DNA of 64,000 nucleotides from Mustelus asterias. Taxonomy: Eukaryota. Shown here piece by piece: positions 24,358 through 38,419 of this stretch (position 1 is the stretch's first letter; each line of letters opens with the position of its first letter). Under the pieces are notes generated by a model, which worked only from the letters and a program-made list of their open reading frames with translations, was not told where the DNA came from and did not search any database. The position numbers were made by a program, and so were the translations under genes. The DNA is taken from the NCBI RefSeq assembly GCF_964213995.1, contig NW_027590476.1, forward strand, positions 62,001 to 126,000. Reading direction: 5' to 3'.

Positions 24358-26480
24358 ATGCACGGGCGAATATCTGGTGTAGTTTATGCCATTTACTATC
24401 CAATTCTTGCTGCCATTGGAGTTCCAGGTAAGTCGTGGTACTAAATCATTAACTTGACGCATCATTAATTTATGAAGTTAGCGCTCATTATGGTAATAAA
24501 GAACATGACATAATTGTTTCCAGGTTTCTTCTAAAACATTATTGCTCAGTGGTAGCCTGTCTTTTCATCACTGAAATATGTATTTTACTTAAACGTAAGC
24601 CTTACTCATTAAGTCTCTGACACATTCAATACTCTGTGGCTGTTCTTGCCAGCATGCATATACCGAGGCAAGATTTTTCATATCTTTGTAACCTATAGTT
24701 CCTGGGCATTCAGCTACAGGGGGAAACGTGAGAAAACATTTCCAGCAATACAATCTTTGGGCATGATTCCAAAATCAGCGGGCACAACCTTCCAGTATTC
24801 ACTCTGTCAAGCCTTTCGAGAAGTTTGTTTGTTTCAACAAGATCGCCTTTACTCTTCGAAACTCCAGACAATATATATCCTTTTTTTCACTTCTCATTAC
24901 GGAACAATTAGTGTCATTGCTCAACAGATTGGAAATGTATTTTCCCAGCAAGCGGGATTTCTGATTAAAACACATCTGATGCTCCTTAAATTGTGTTAAT
25001 TTGACACATCATACTTACTGAATATATTCCCGTGGAATCCTAACAAGCCAAACCAAATCCTTATCACATTATACATTTTAACCACACAGGTGTAACTAAT
25101 ATGTCAAGCGTATTTACAGGATATTCTGCTTATCTGTTACATGGTCCAAAGCTTGAATGCCGAATTTTACATGCAACCCGGAGATCTACAGCCTTTCGGT
25201 CCCAAACATTGCAATTGCTGCCATTGCCATTCTTCCTCACTCTGCTCATTATATAGTTTCCTTAAGTGTATCTCATTGTCAAGTTATTCAGCATTTAACT
25301 TAATATCGCCTCATGTTATTAGGTGTCAAATTTTGCTGCATTGCTTTCCTGTGAAGCGACTTGAGACACCCTTTGCGTTAAATTTGCGACATAAATGGAG
25401 TCTGCCCTTGTAGCTCTTTTTGAAATATAATTAACCTTGAAAAGCCAAGAATAGCTGTCTTCCATAACGAAGATAAACCAGCAAAAGTGTCACAAAAAAC
25501 CCCGCAGCACCCATGCGTGTGCTTGGAATTTGTTGAATAAATTTACAACTTTAATTTTGCTTTTGCTCTCAGTTAACTTGATGGCGATTGTGATCCTCTC
25601 CCGAGGAAGGTGTGGTCTCTCCAAATGCATCACTCGATATCTGGTTTCCATGGCAGTGACGGATCTCCTTGTCGTTGTCACCGCTGTGATATTCAACCGG
25701 ATTATTGGCATTTATTTTCCAGTAAGTTTTATGTCGTTGACTCCAGCCTGTACTCTGAGTACTGTGATAATCTATGCAGCCACGGAGAGTTCTGTCTGGT
25801 TAACCGTCGTTTTCACCTTTGATCGTTATGTAGCAATTTGCTGCCAGACACTACAAGCAAACTATTGCACCGAGAAAACAGCAGCTGTGGTGATTGGAAT
25901 GGTCTGTTTGCTGAGTTGTTTAAAAAGCATTCCCTGGTATTTTATGTATGAACCGCTCTATATAATGAACAATGTGCCATGGTTTTGTAATATAAAGTCA
26001 GCTTTCTACACTTCCTTCTCATGGACAGCCTATGATTGGTTTGCACGTATATTAAATCCCATTCTGCCATTCCTTCTGATTTTGTTGTTTAATGCACTGA
26101 CCGTCAGACACATCCTGGCGGCCAGTAGATCCCGCCGTCGACTCCGGGCTCACAGCAGTGCAGATAATCAGAGTGATCCAGAAATGAAGAACAGGAAGAA
26201 ATCTGTTGTTTTACTCTTCGCCATCTCGGGAAGTTTCATTCTGTTGTGGATGACATACGTTGTGGATTTCCTCTATGTGAAAATTACAAATGAAGCATAT
26301 TTCGGAGGATCCAATTTCAATGACCCAAAATTCATTCGCCAAGAAAGTGGAAACATGCTGCAGCTGCTGAGCTGTTGCACTAACACGTGTATTTATGCAG
26401 TGACGCAGAGGAAATTCCGAGGAGAATTGAAACATGCAGCAAAATATATTGGCAGTCTCGTTGTAAGCATAGTAAAGTAG
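24358..26480 (+). CDS. GPR139-like orphan rhodopsin-class GPCR, two coding exons (24358-24427, 25573-26480), ~325 aa
   Basis: Exon 1 MHGRISGVVYAIYYPILAAIGVP with GTAAGT splices in phase 1 to VNLMAIVILSRGRCGLSKC. Motifs LVSMAVTDLL, FTFDRYVAIC and LLSCCTNTCIY; seven hydrophobic segments. Confidence 0.9.
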
Positions 26481-29400
26481 AAAATCCAAAAGGTTTGGTT
26501 TAAATTACAAATCGAAATGTATATTTTCATCACAGAATTTTTCGCCTTGACTTGTGAGGTGAAATTGGTCTTCGGCAGCTCTGTAAGAAAACTACCACGA
26601 GTTTCCCTTTTATTCCACTGAGGTGGCAATTGAAGAAAGTTGTATCACATATAAAGAAGGCAGCTGCTTTCTGATCACCAGGCTAACGTAACCTGTCCCT
26701 TCCATTCTGTCTTCATCCTTCCTTAGAGATTTCCTCTTAAGAAAATAAGAATCGGGAGAAGAGAAGCCACTCGGCTCCTCCAATCAGTACTGACATTTAA
26801 CATGTTTGGGACCAATCTTTTTCATGAAACAATAAATCTGCTCTGTACCTTTATCCCTTAAGCCATTCAGTGCCCCGAAATCCATCAACATCAATCCTGA
26901 CCATGTTCAACGATTGAAAAACCACAGCGATCACATAGTGAAATCCAAAATTATCAACAATTGGAGCGCAGCTTTTTCTCATCATCCCAGTCGTTCTTCG
27001 TTAATCTGAAACTCTTATCCTTCACACTATCTGGATGGAGAAATAGCTTCTGAGTATTCACGCTGTCAACTTCAAACAGGAGTTGAAACATGTCACTGAG
27101 AACTTCTCATGATCTGAATCCAGACACTATATACCCATACTATTCAATTTTCACCCCGTCCCTCTCGCAGTTCCTGCCTCCGGATACAAAAAGGATAGTA
27201 TCAAGTGACCTCGTAGGTCAGAAGTGAAGTGCTAAAATAAATCAGTGAGAAACATTGTTTGATGATTTGTCCTTGCATGAATCATTGAACTAGTTTAAAT
27301 GCAGGTACTCTTTCTTTGAGAAAACATTCCACACATTAAGGCCATCAGGAAGAAAAGCAGCCGGTCACAGCCCTCAGGATCTTCAAGTTTTCAACCAAGT
27401 GGCTTCGTCATCTTCGCAATTCTCACACATTGTCTGCCTCTAATACACATCTGTTATGTACCCTGCTAATGTTAAATACGAGGGTATCCCAGAACCTAGA
27501 GGTGTAACTTGGTACACTGGTGCTTAATGGTTTATATTTCAATTTGGTGTCCATTTAGTACGGTATGCAAACCCGGGAGGAACAGTCAAATCTTGTTGCG
27601 ATCATTTAATAAAGAACATGTATTAACATAAAAAGAAAAGCGCATGACAAGCATGACGATAAAACACAAATACAGTGCACGTAACTACACTAATGGCTAT
27701 AAATACGGACGTTAACATGAAGTAACCCCTTTTTTCCCAACAACCAACTTTTCCTGAAATCTGACATGCCCCTTATTGCCAAACAGCAACCAATATTATC
27801 CAACTGTATGAGCATCTAGAGCATATAAGTTCCAATTCCCTGAACGATCACATTGAAGTTACCTCTTCCACACCTGATTGTATCACCCCAATCATATATG
27901 TGGACCCTTGCTTTTCGGACTGGCATGTTAATTCACTTATCAGTACCCCCTTCTTTCAGCTGTCCTCATAAATTTCCTTTTTAAAATTTATATTACCCAA
28001 TTTTCATTTGTTTTAATAAGTTTATTCCGAATCTAAATTTTTCCCAGTTCTTAACAAGTCGTCCTTGCGTTCTGGTTTGTTTCCTGGCTCCTCGTGTTGA
28101 AACCCCTTGTGCCAATCTGAAGGGTTTATCCTTTAGGAAATGGAACAAAGGCATAAAAGTAAAACAAAATGAATGTGCAGAGGGAGTTCCGCTCCTGGAT
28201 AGTGGACAAAGCAGAAAACGAATTCACACAGTCAACTGAGGACGACATTTGGAATAACAAAGAAGGCACGTGGCATGATCTCGGGCAAAGCAACCTCCTT
28301 CATTGGAACCCCTTCCATGCATTGACATATATCAGCCCTCGTTAACGCTTTTTGTCAAGATGTATCACCTTAAATTCCAGCTTTCACTCATTTACCAATT
28401 CTGCTAGCCTGCCCCGGTCCGTTTGCAGCTGAAAGATACAATTCTCAATCTGTGACACAATTCGAAATATTTAGAAATTTCAATCAATATGACAAGAACA
28501 CGGAACATATATAGTGCAGAACAGTGATGCTAGCACTAAACTTTGGGGCAGCAACTATTGTTTATCACCAAAAATTAGGTTACATTGACATTTGTCCCTG
28601 AGGCAAATGGGGCAAAAATGAAATTGTTCAGATTACTGGTTTGAATAGAAAATAAGACTATTTTGGGAGGGACTACAGACTGCACGTTACCGAGGTACAT
28701 ACGTACATAAATCACAACACATTAGCATTGCAGATACGGTACATATTTAGGAAGGCAAACAAAATGTTCTGACTATACAGAGTGTTGGTGAAATCATAGC
28801 TCAACACAATGTTCGTGTCCTGATTTAAGGAGGGTTATACGTGTATGGAAGCTGTTCGGGGAAGATTCATTACGTTATTTCCAGGGAACAAATGTTTGAA
28901 TTATGGCAATATGTTTAGTTAGAAGTGCCGGCATACACTTGAATATCGATCAATGAGAGACGATCATTTGGAAACATAACTTTTTCTCAGCGTGTTTGAC
29001 AACATAGATGTGGAGATTGGAGAAAGGGGAACTCGTGGAACAATTTCAAAATAAGAGGCCTCCAACTTAGCAGAGATTAGGAGGAATTTCTTCTCTCAGA
29101 TGTTTTTTTGTGGCCTTCCAAAGATCGAATGCTGAATTGGACATGTTTCTGATCTACAACGGAGTCAAAGGATACGGGGCGCAGGCAGGATGGTAGATTT
29201 AAGTCTACAGTTAAATTAATTGGTGGCAAAGACCGATGAGCACATGGTTTTCAAAGAGCAATAGCATTAACAGCTGAATGAAATGAAATTCCACAGTTAT
29301 TAGGAACTGTAGGCTAGTGAATATAGGAAAATTGTTATTGCAAGGAGCTAGCCTGGAATGGAAGGGCCGAAAGCTTGGATGTGCTGCAATGATTCTGTGA

Positions 29401-29746
29401 TTGTATTCCATGTGGAAGGAGGTGGATGAAGTAGAAAATCTCAGCAACACTGATCATAGTGTCAGAAATTGATGTTACCAATAGAACGGTTGTGGGACAA
29501 TATAAAATAAAAACTGGTTGAGAAATCGTGTCACCGAATTGAGGAGAAATATTGATCCAGTAAACTGCAATCTAATACCGTTAGGCACTAATGTATTGGA
29601 TCAGTGGGTGTGGTTAAGAGAAAATTAATTTTGTTACAGTTGCAAACCGTTGAGCACGACATAAGTCCAGCTGAGAGAACAACAGTGAAAATAGAGAGGC
29701 AGAACTATAGAAAACGATAGACAGAAAGAATAGAAAGAGAAATAGG

Positions 29747-29830
29747 GACACACACGCACAGACAGACAGACAGACAGACACACACACACACACACACGGA
29801 CGCACACGCGCACGCACACAAACACACAAT
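29747..29830. repeat. (CA)n/(CAGA)n compound microsatellite
   Basis: Read directly. Confidence 0.9.
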
Positions 29831-30262
29831 AATCCAGCTCAGTTTCTGTTCAATGCCAACCCAGAGGATGATAATACTCGGAGATAATTAATACCATTGC
29901 ATATCAACGGGAGATGAGACCGAGTGCAATGCGTCTGATGGGGCGATAAAAACGGGAATGTGAGAAAAGAAAACTGAGAATGTGGGAGCGAGCGAGAGAG
30001 AGAGAATGACAAACCTCACAGTCAGGCATGCGGGAACCACATAAAGAGATTTGCGAAAAGAACCTGAGCAGGTGGAGAAAGCTCAACCGACGAGATAGTG
30101 AACCACATACAGACAAATTTAACTGTTGAATGTAGTTAATAGAATGTACATCACATTGCTGCGGCAGTTGCAAAATATCACAACCTTGTGTGGAGTCAAA
30201 ACGTCATATTAGAAAGAAGGAACATTTTCTGTACGGGTCTCGACTGACCTGGTAACGCTGTG

Positions 30263-30615
30263 TGTCCCAGTACACAGTAATACATCGCACTGTCAGAGAA
30301 CTGCGCAGAGTGAATGCTTAAAGGAACAGTTCTTGCTGTGTTATCTAAAGTAGCATAAAGCAGCCGCTTCCCAAAGGCAGTCACATTTTTTCCAGTACTC
30401 CTTTTCTCCAAAAGATATTGAGGGTGTTTCTCTGGGTGCTGAATATACCAGAAGAAAGCAGTAGAAGTATGTGATGTCGAATAATTGCAGTTTAGCTTCA
30501 CACTGTCTCCGTAACTCACTCTGATACTCGGTGGATCCTGAAACACTGCCTCCATTTCCTCACTGGCCTGAATGAGAAGAATGAATATCGATGTCAAAAA
30601 GAGAAAATGATGCAT
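30263..30615 (-). CDS. TCR alpha/delta V segment, intact, leader apparently contiguous with V
   Basis: MHHFLFLTSIFILLIQASEEMEAVFQDPPS...LNCNY...FFWYIQ...FSDSAMYYCVLG. RSS is CACAGCG, 23 nt, ACAGAAAAT (30224-30262). Confidence 0.88.
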
Positions 30616-31775
30616 AATATCAGAATACAGAACACAGCAGCAACACAGCTTCGGACCCTTAGTAATAGGTTGATAAAGCCTGCATCACCCGCCCTCCACC
30701 TCAACAGTGGAACTAAATGAGCCAAAACCTGAAATGAGAACTTGAATGTATATCTGCGCGACCGATGAGCGGAAATGGCAACTTAGATGACAGAATGACA
30801 GGTTTTCTGACAGATGTCACTTTCCATCAGCCCTCCAATCTATATCACTAAAATCGATGACCTGGTTATCACTTTGTTCTTTGTGGAGTTTGAAGCGCGC
30901 CTATTAACTGCCACGCCTCCTATATTAAGGCAGTGATGAAAATTCGAAGACTTCTTTGGGTGTAAAGCTCTTTGTGAAGTCCTGATGTCATGAACGGCGG
31001 TATATAAATGGAAGTCTTTCTTTATTGCCTTTGAGAGACAGCGTGCGAATCAGAATCAGAAGATGGGATGCAAACGTTTACACTGAGTGCAGTTTTAACC
31101 GTTACATCAAACTCAATATCAGGAGTTTCTTTCTCAGTATCTTTTTGACTCTGTATAATTTCGTGTCACTCTATAGGTCTTCACCTCGACAACCCTATAT
31201 CTGAACTTATTGTGTCCCTCACCATGTCTCTGTACTGGGAAGGCAGATAGTGGAAGAAATATGCAGACAAATTATGCAACAATAGTAATGGAGATGTATA
31301 TTGTCTCGTATTAATTCTATGCAAGAAGTCGGTAAAGGAGGTAACCGAATAGCTTCTACGATTGGTTTTAGATGCTTATATAATCCGAAATGTTGGAAAA
31401 AACACCAACAAGGGAAGATTTGCTATTGTATCTTGTAGTCGGGAAGAAAGCAGATCAGATCCGAGAAGTAACTGGAGGGGAACGTTCAGCAATACAGATC
31501 ATACTTCCTCATTAAGAGGTTCGAGCTGAGTAAGTGTCTGACGGAAATCAGCTAACCACTTGATTCAGTGACAGGTATCCTGAATGGTACGCAGTGAACC
31601 AGAATGTTTGAGTGATTCAGGTAGATGACTGAAAATTCAATAAAGAAACTCTCACGTATGTTTGAGCTACATTGCTGGAAGTAAGCTTACCAGCGCTGCT
31701 CCAATTACGTTTGCATAAGGAATATGGAGTTTAGGGAATGCAGTTGATGAAAAGATCAATAATTGTCTTCGAATC

Positions 31776-32085
31776 CATACAGTGCAAAAGGAGGCCATCA
31801 GACCCTTCGAGTCTGCAGTGACTCTCCGACAGAGTATATTTTCCTGGTCCTCTCCTGCTCCATCACCGTAACCCCACAGATTTATCGTGGCTATTTATTC
31901 TAACCCACAATTTTTTGACAAGTTGGCATGCTAAATGCATCTAACCTGCGCATCATTGAACTGTGGAGGCAAAGGGGCACCCCACACAGACACTGGGAGC
32001 ATCTGCGAACTCCACGTAGCCTGGAACTGAACCCGGATCCCTGGAATTATGAGGCAGCAGTGCTAACCACTGTGACACCACTGTA
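31776..32085 (-). mobile_element. HE1-type V-SINE (diverged)
   Basis: Reverse-complement SINE head GCAGCAGTGCTAACCACTGTG and tail. Confidence 0.65.
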
Positions 32086-32968
32086 CCAATTAATGACAGC
32101 CAAGCACGCACGATGGGGTGAATGGCCCATCGCACGATCTGCAAATATTATGGAGTTGCAGGATTCCCTTGGTGGTTTACACACTTCGCTGTGCGGAAGT
32201 GAGCAGTGAGGATAAGGTGGTGCTGCTCCATTGGATGACTGTCGATAAAACGCGAAATGAAGCCAAGGTCTGGTCCACTACTTTTGCTTTCACCGTCTTT
32301 GCCCGGGTGCAGACAGCAGCGGAATGAATCGTTTCAGTAATTGCTGATGGCGAGTTGTGGGGCTGATCAACAAGGAAGGATCACTGCTTAAATCTGGTGA
32401 ACATTATCCATTTCCAAACAATCCAAGAGCAGAGAACACACGTGACCTTAAATGTATGTCGCCAACTTTAGCTTTCTACTTCTTCTTTACACCGCCAATC
32501 TCATGGTCTCTACTAATGACGGATTCATTAAATGAGACAAATAGAAAGGGCACATTGATTTTCAGGTAGCAATGTGAAAACTCCGCAACGACGGTAAGTC
32601 ACGTTTCGGGTAGCTTTGTTTGTCGAGTTTGTCAAAATCAGTTGTCACCCCTTGAATTATTTGAATTAATTTCCAGTCATTTGATAGCGATAAGGAGGTT
32701 TACAAAAAATGAGAGGTTGGTAGAACAGAGAGACGGAAGCAATGAGACAGAGTTATGAGGAAAGTCGCATAAGACACAGAAGGAACCAGAAAATGCGATT
32801 CTTTACAGCTCTCATTTATTGGCGGGGAATATCCATCAGTTCCGGCAGCGTAGCCAATCCTGTCTCTGGGAAATGCCCCTCAGTTCCTCAAAAAATAAAC
32901 CTAGGTTGGAATCATCAGCAGAATTAGAGCATTTTGTTACTTTGCATCGAGATGTATACAGGGAAACC

Positions 32969-33437
32969 ATGTGTTCTCCATGTTCCTTACTGATTATAAT
33001 GATCTTGCTGCCCGGCGGGTCCATTATTAAATGGTAACCATGTCATCCAGTGGTTATTTTTAAACCCTGACTTTTGAGCCAATCTGTATTTGTGTGACAG
33101 GAATGAGTGGCAAAACTTCAGTGTTCCAGGCTCATTTCGAATTAACAATTCGGGAAGGACAGTGTGGACTGGACTGCCGTTACTTGATAACTTACACTAC
33201 CCCAACTCTACCCTGGTACATGTAGTATTCCGGGGAAGCTCCGAGACATTTGCTGAAGAAATATAGCTTAGGGGGTTACGAAAGGTCCCCAAACGGAGGT
33301 TTTCTGCAGATTTGCAGAAGGGAAATGAAACAGTTCCTTTATATCTCGCGGGGGCTCTTCTGTCGGATACTGCCGTGTATTTCCGTGCGATGGAGCACAC
33401 ACTGATACAGAGATAGAGCGGATCCAGTACGAAACCC
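32969..33437 (+). pseudogene. TCR alpha/delta V pseudogene
   Basis: Leader MCSPCSLLIIMILLP with a GC donor. V exon from 33101 reads KTSVFQ...LDCRY...PWYM*..., frameshift, RFSADLQKGNETVPL...SDTAVYFRAME (Cys104>Arg). RSS is CACACTG, 24 nt, ACGAAACCC. Confidence 0.85.
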
Positions 33438-34627
33438 CCCAGAATGGGAGTTCCAGTTGGTGGCCAGAAGATGGCGCTGTCACACCGATCAATAGGGACA
33501 AGAATTAAACCCAGTGAGAGTCACAGAAAAGAACAAAATATAACCCCACATAAGAAGTGAGGAACACTTGCGAAATTGTATTCGTTGATTTTAAGGCGCG
33601 TTCATAATAAAACTCGCCTTCGGAAATCTATTTGATCTATTTCGTTCAATTAGTGTTTTGAAGCTGTTTCCACGCCTGTCTGTAACACTAAACAACTCTT
33701 GTTCATCTCCCCTTTTAGATTTCTGGAGCCTTTGGCCCGAGACCAGTTCTCTGGGTTCTTTTGATCAGAGTGTGTTGTTGGGTCAGAAACAGTTTATGAA
33801 AAATGAACAGATTTCAGAACTCATTGACTTTGATCATTCAATTGAATTTCACAATCTTTTCCGAACAGTATTCGAATACTCATCTGATTTACAGAAACGA
33901 GGAGCAGCGAGAAACAGATGAACAATGCGGATATGGTAAGAAGTTTAATGCTACCCTGGTATTAGGTGGAGACAGTCAGGGAGATGTGGAAACTGGCTGC
34001 TCTGAACTTCGGATTTATTTGAGAAATCAAAGTCGCAACTTTATGAAATGTGTTCAGGGTGTGGAAGCTGTCTGGAATGTAGCAATAGTGATCAAATAAA
34101 CGCTATGAACAGCTCACCCTCAAAGGCCCCCAGAAACTGAAAAGGGAGATGGAGCGAGTGGTGTTCAGTATGGTAAGCAGGCATGGAAAAATAAGGAAAG
34201 GACAAATAGGGACTTCGGGATCAGAGGACGTCACACAAACATGGAGAACTGTCCGTCTGCTGTGTGTGTGGCGCTTCACGGCCAGGTTTGACGGATGTTT
34301 GGGATTTTATCACCCAGGTCTGATTTTAGAGGAATACAGAGTTGATTAGCAGCAGAAGGGACGATTTAATTGACACATTCATTATGTGATGGACTTGTCG
34401 GCCTAAAACGGTTCTGCAGTTTGTTTTCTCGGCCTCTCCTGGAAACAGTTGGGTGACAGTTGATCCGAGGTGAATATGGTTTCCTGTCGGTTTGTGTTTG
34501 AGCGGCTGACAGCGCCGCTGCTCATTGTGGCTGCATCTGCCAGAAGTTCTATACAGCAGCGAGGAGCTCTGACTTATCCTGCTGAGACAGTTTTTGTACA
34601 GGAGTCAGGCTGCTTTCCATCACTGTG

Positions 34628-35086
34628 AGGCTGAAAGCGCAGTAATACACGGCCGCGTCAGACAACTGCAGATCCGAGATAGTCAAACTGATGGATTTCT
34701 TCGAGGTTTGGAGGTCAGTCGAGAAACGGATTTTAGCAAAATCTGCTTGATCTTCATCACCCCCCGAGTTCTTTCTCAGAATGTACTCGGGCTGGGAGTC
34801 TGGATGCTGTCGATACCAGTATAAAATATAGTAGGTTTCTGCAGTATCATAGTTGCAGTTTAATGTCACCGCGTCTCCTTCTGTCTTAACATCTGAGGAC
34901 AGCGGCTGAGTGACAGAATCTCCATGGGTCAGACCTGGAAAATATGTTCAAATAGATAAAGAAAAGAGTGATGTGTAATCAACAGTAAGATTCAACCCAA
35001 GTTTTGGAAATGAGAAAACTAACGTGATGCCCAGAAATACCTGTTAGAAATGCCCCCCACACAATCCAAATGATGAGTATCTTCAT
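34628..35086 (-). CDS. TRDV: TCR delta(/alpha) V segment, intact
   Basis: Leader exon 35041-35086 (MKILIIWIVWGAFLT). V exon 34628-34934 reads DSVTQPLSSDVKTEGDAVTLNCNY...LYWYRQHPDSQPEYIL...LSDAAVYYCAFS. RSS is CACAGTG, 23 nt, ACAAAAACT (34589-34627). The delta assignment is by resemblance only. Confidence 0.92.
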
Positions 35087-36659
35087 TGTCTCTGTCCGCT
35101 CTGTGAAGGCGGAATCGGATATTTGAAGACACCCATTCTAATCCCCACCCTTAATAATCTGATGACGTGTCTCAGAATGCTCACGCGTCAGTTCCGTGTC
35201 TCGCCAGTGGCTCCGTGAGATTGATAATTGCTCAGATGACTGTTAGTGAATGGAAGCTCTCCAACCTGTACTACATTCGGTGTCCCTGTTGGGCGAATTG
35301 TTCCGCTTTGGAAACGGGATGTCAAGAAAAAAAAACTTCATTTTGCTATTAGAACGGAGGAGCAAGGAGTGTTGATTGATTTGGTGGATTTCCAATCAAT
35401 GTTCTGTGCACATTTTCTTAGCTTTCGCATCCGAGCATTAGTGCCTGAGACTCCAGTGAGAGTCCAGAGAACGGTGGAGGCTGAGGGCCACAGAATAATT
35501 TTTAAGCTGAGCGAAACCAACATTTTAACTAAAATTTATGCCACGGTTCAAGAAGATCAAGGCAGCAAAGTGGATTTAAACGGAAGATCAGATGAACTGT
35601 AATCTGACTGAATGGTAGAGCAGATTGCAGGCAGCCTAATTTTTGTGTTCGAATGTTCAGATATCAGCGGATGGGCTGTGAGATACTTTGCAATCTTCGT
35701 TGTTTTACTAAAGGAACAGGGAAGTCGATCAGTGAGCTCTAGTTGCCTGTTTATTGTTCCTGAGATAATGTAAAAAGTGTACTGTGGATGTTGTACTGAA
35801 ACTTGACCATGCCTGAAATCAGCAGGGTTAGGATACCAAATTGTTATAGTGCAGCTAATTATGACATTGCCTTTTCTTCAAAGGTCCATTCAGGGACAAC
35901 AAGTTGCACTTGGTAGTTGTGGCCCCATCTCATATAATATACTGGGAAGTGTCAACTTCAAGAACTTCCGCTTTTTCTTTTTAATCATTGTCAACATGGG
36001 GTCACTGGAAAAGCAATTCACGAACCCAGAATGATGCTTTGGGAAAAGTAGTTCAATCCCATCATATCAACTGGTTACATTTAAATTCGATTTACGAGAA
36101 AAGTAGTCAAAATTCTACCCCAGCAGCTGGTTAAATTTAAATGTGATTAATTGATATTGAAAGCTACTCGCAATGATTGTTCCGAACGCGATCACTGCAA
36201 ATCCACCTGGTTCACTAATGCACTTTGTGGAAGGAAATCTGCCTTCCTAGCCTAGCCTGGTCTGTGTGTGACTACAGAACAACTGTAGTCACATAACTAA
36301 CTCTCAAATAGCCCAGCCCGTTTCGAGGACAATTAGTGATCGACAAAATCTTGGACTTGTGACCGACACCCAATCAATATTTTTCTTTAAAAAGAGTAGT
36401 CATCATTTGATTAATAGTAATACCTAAATTACAGCAGTCAGGAGAACAGCATATTCTTTACTTTTAATTGGGAAGGAAACGCTAAGTGAAAAAGTGATAT
36501 ATTGACGAGCAGAGGTCCTTCTCCCGAATCAGTAACGTTGCAGCTCAGGAAATATTCTCCTGGAGTGGAAACACAGATTCACGCCCCCACAACGCTCATA
36601 GATCCACCCGCATTTCTGATACAACCAGTGCCAAACAAGTAAATCAACAGAAATCTCTT

Positions 36660-36953
36660 CATAGAATCCCTACAGTGCCGAAGGAGGCCATTCAGCCCAT
36701 TAAGCTTGCACCGACAACAGTCACACCAAGGCCCTATCCCCGTAACCCCACGTGTTAATCTCCTAATCCCCCTAACACTAAGGGACATGACTATTCCACC
36801 TAACCTGCACATTTTTGGACTGTGGGAGGAAACGCACGCAGAGACGGGGAGAAGGTGAAAACCCCACACAGACAGTTACCCAAGGCCGGAATTGAACCTG
36901 GGCCCCCTTTGCTATGAGGCAGGAATGCCAGCCATTGTGCCACCGTGTCGCCC
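36660..36953 (-). mobile_element. HE1-type V-SINE
   Basis: Reverse complement of the SINE seen at 1825-2168. Confidence 0.8.
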
Positions 36954-37419
36954 ATTTACTAATACAGGATACATGAGGTGAGAGCAGAAAAATGGGACTG
37001 CGTGGTTACTGCCAATAGCAGCGATATGCGAATGGTGCCAGAGGTTTTGTCGCCATCATTTCAAGTTGGGAGAAATATGTGACGACTGCGCCCTCTGGCG
37101 GTGACTCAGGTTACGTGACGCTGTCCGCAAGTGCAAGGTTGACGATGGGCCGTCTCCAGCGGGCTTTTACTGAGGGACATGTTTTCAAACAATGCAACTA
37201 TATAAATAGACGTGAGTGAAATATGAGTAACTTGAAAGAACAATGCATTCAGGGTCATTTCTGAATCTCTTCCTTTCTGTCTTTCTCACAGCTTTTGACT
37301 TTGTATTTCGCACTCGTAATGTCTCACTTTCCTTCAATTCTCCTTTCATACTTTTCTGAATTGTTGTCCTCTGCCCGTAATCTTAAACCGAAAACCAATT
37401 CCAGGATTCTGACGCAAGG

Positions 37420-37752
37420 GTGCGGCGTTATGGAGAGCACAGTGGTTAGCACTGCTGCTTCACAGCTTCAGGGACCTGGGTTCGATTCCCAGCTCGGGTC
37501 ACTGTCTGTGTGGAGTTTGCACATTCTCCTCGTGTCTGCGTGGGTTTCCTCCCACAGTCCAAAGATGTGTGGGTTAGGTTGATTGGCCATGCTAACATTG
37601 CCCCTTAGTGTCCTGAGATGCGTAGGTTAGAGGGATTAGCGGGTAAAATTAGCAGGGAAATGGGGTTGGGCTTTGGTGCGATTGTGGTCGGTGCAGACTC
37701 GATGGGCCAACTGGCCTCTTTCTGCACTGTAGCGTTTCTATGATTCTATGAT
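37420..37752 (+). mobile_element. HE1-type V-SINE
   Basis: Same head, core and (TTCTATGA)n tail. Confidence 0.85.
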
Positions 37753-38419
37753 ATGGTTCAAAATGAGGATGGTGTGCGGCTTGAAGGGGTGTTCTCATGC
37801 AGCTGTTCCTCTTATCCTTCTAGATGGAAGAGATTCTGGATTCGCAAGGTGCTGTCGAAGCAGGCTTGACGGATTAATATAATCACAATGTAAAGTACGT
37901 GCATCAACTTCTAGTGTAGGATTGTGGTTTTGTTGGTTAACAAATAAGGAACTGTGGACGCCGTTATTTTTAAGCAGATTTGTTTATTGATGAGAAACGT
38001 TGTGCAAACATTGTTGCCCAGTCTGCCCAGAGACATTGGAATGCAATGATTTATAGAGTCCACTCTCTAGGCCTCTTGTACCATCCACCTCCTGCTCTTC
38101 CAGTTACCATGCCCTAAGAGGGCATTGGTGACCATGAATGTCCTTATCATTCTGTGACTGTTTATTTCAAATTATTCCAGCGGATTGCCATTGACCTCTG
38201 CAGTATTGTTGACCAGGCATCTGTTCCGTTCCCATCACCTGCCATCAGGAATACTGAAAGGGTTTACACGGCACACAACCCCAGAATAGAGGGACGACAC
38301 TATAGAACCGATTTGACTTTAATGTCTCTTTCCCGGGTGACTGTTTGCGTGCCAGGCAACCATCTTATGTGTACCCATCTGTATATGGGTACACATAAGA
38401 TGGGACTTAATAGACATTA

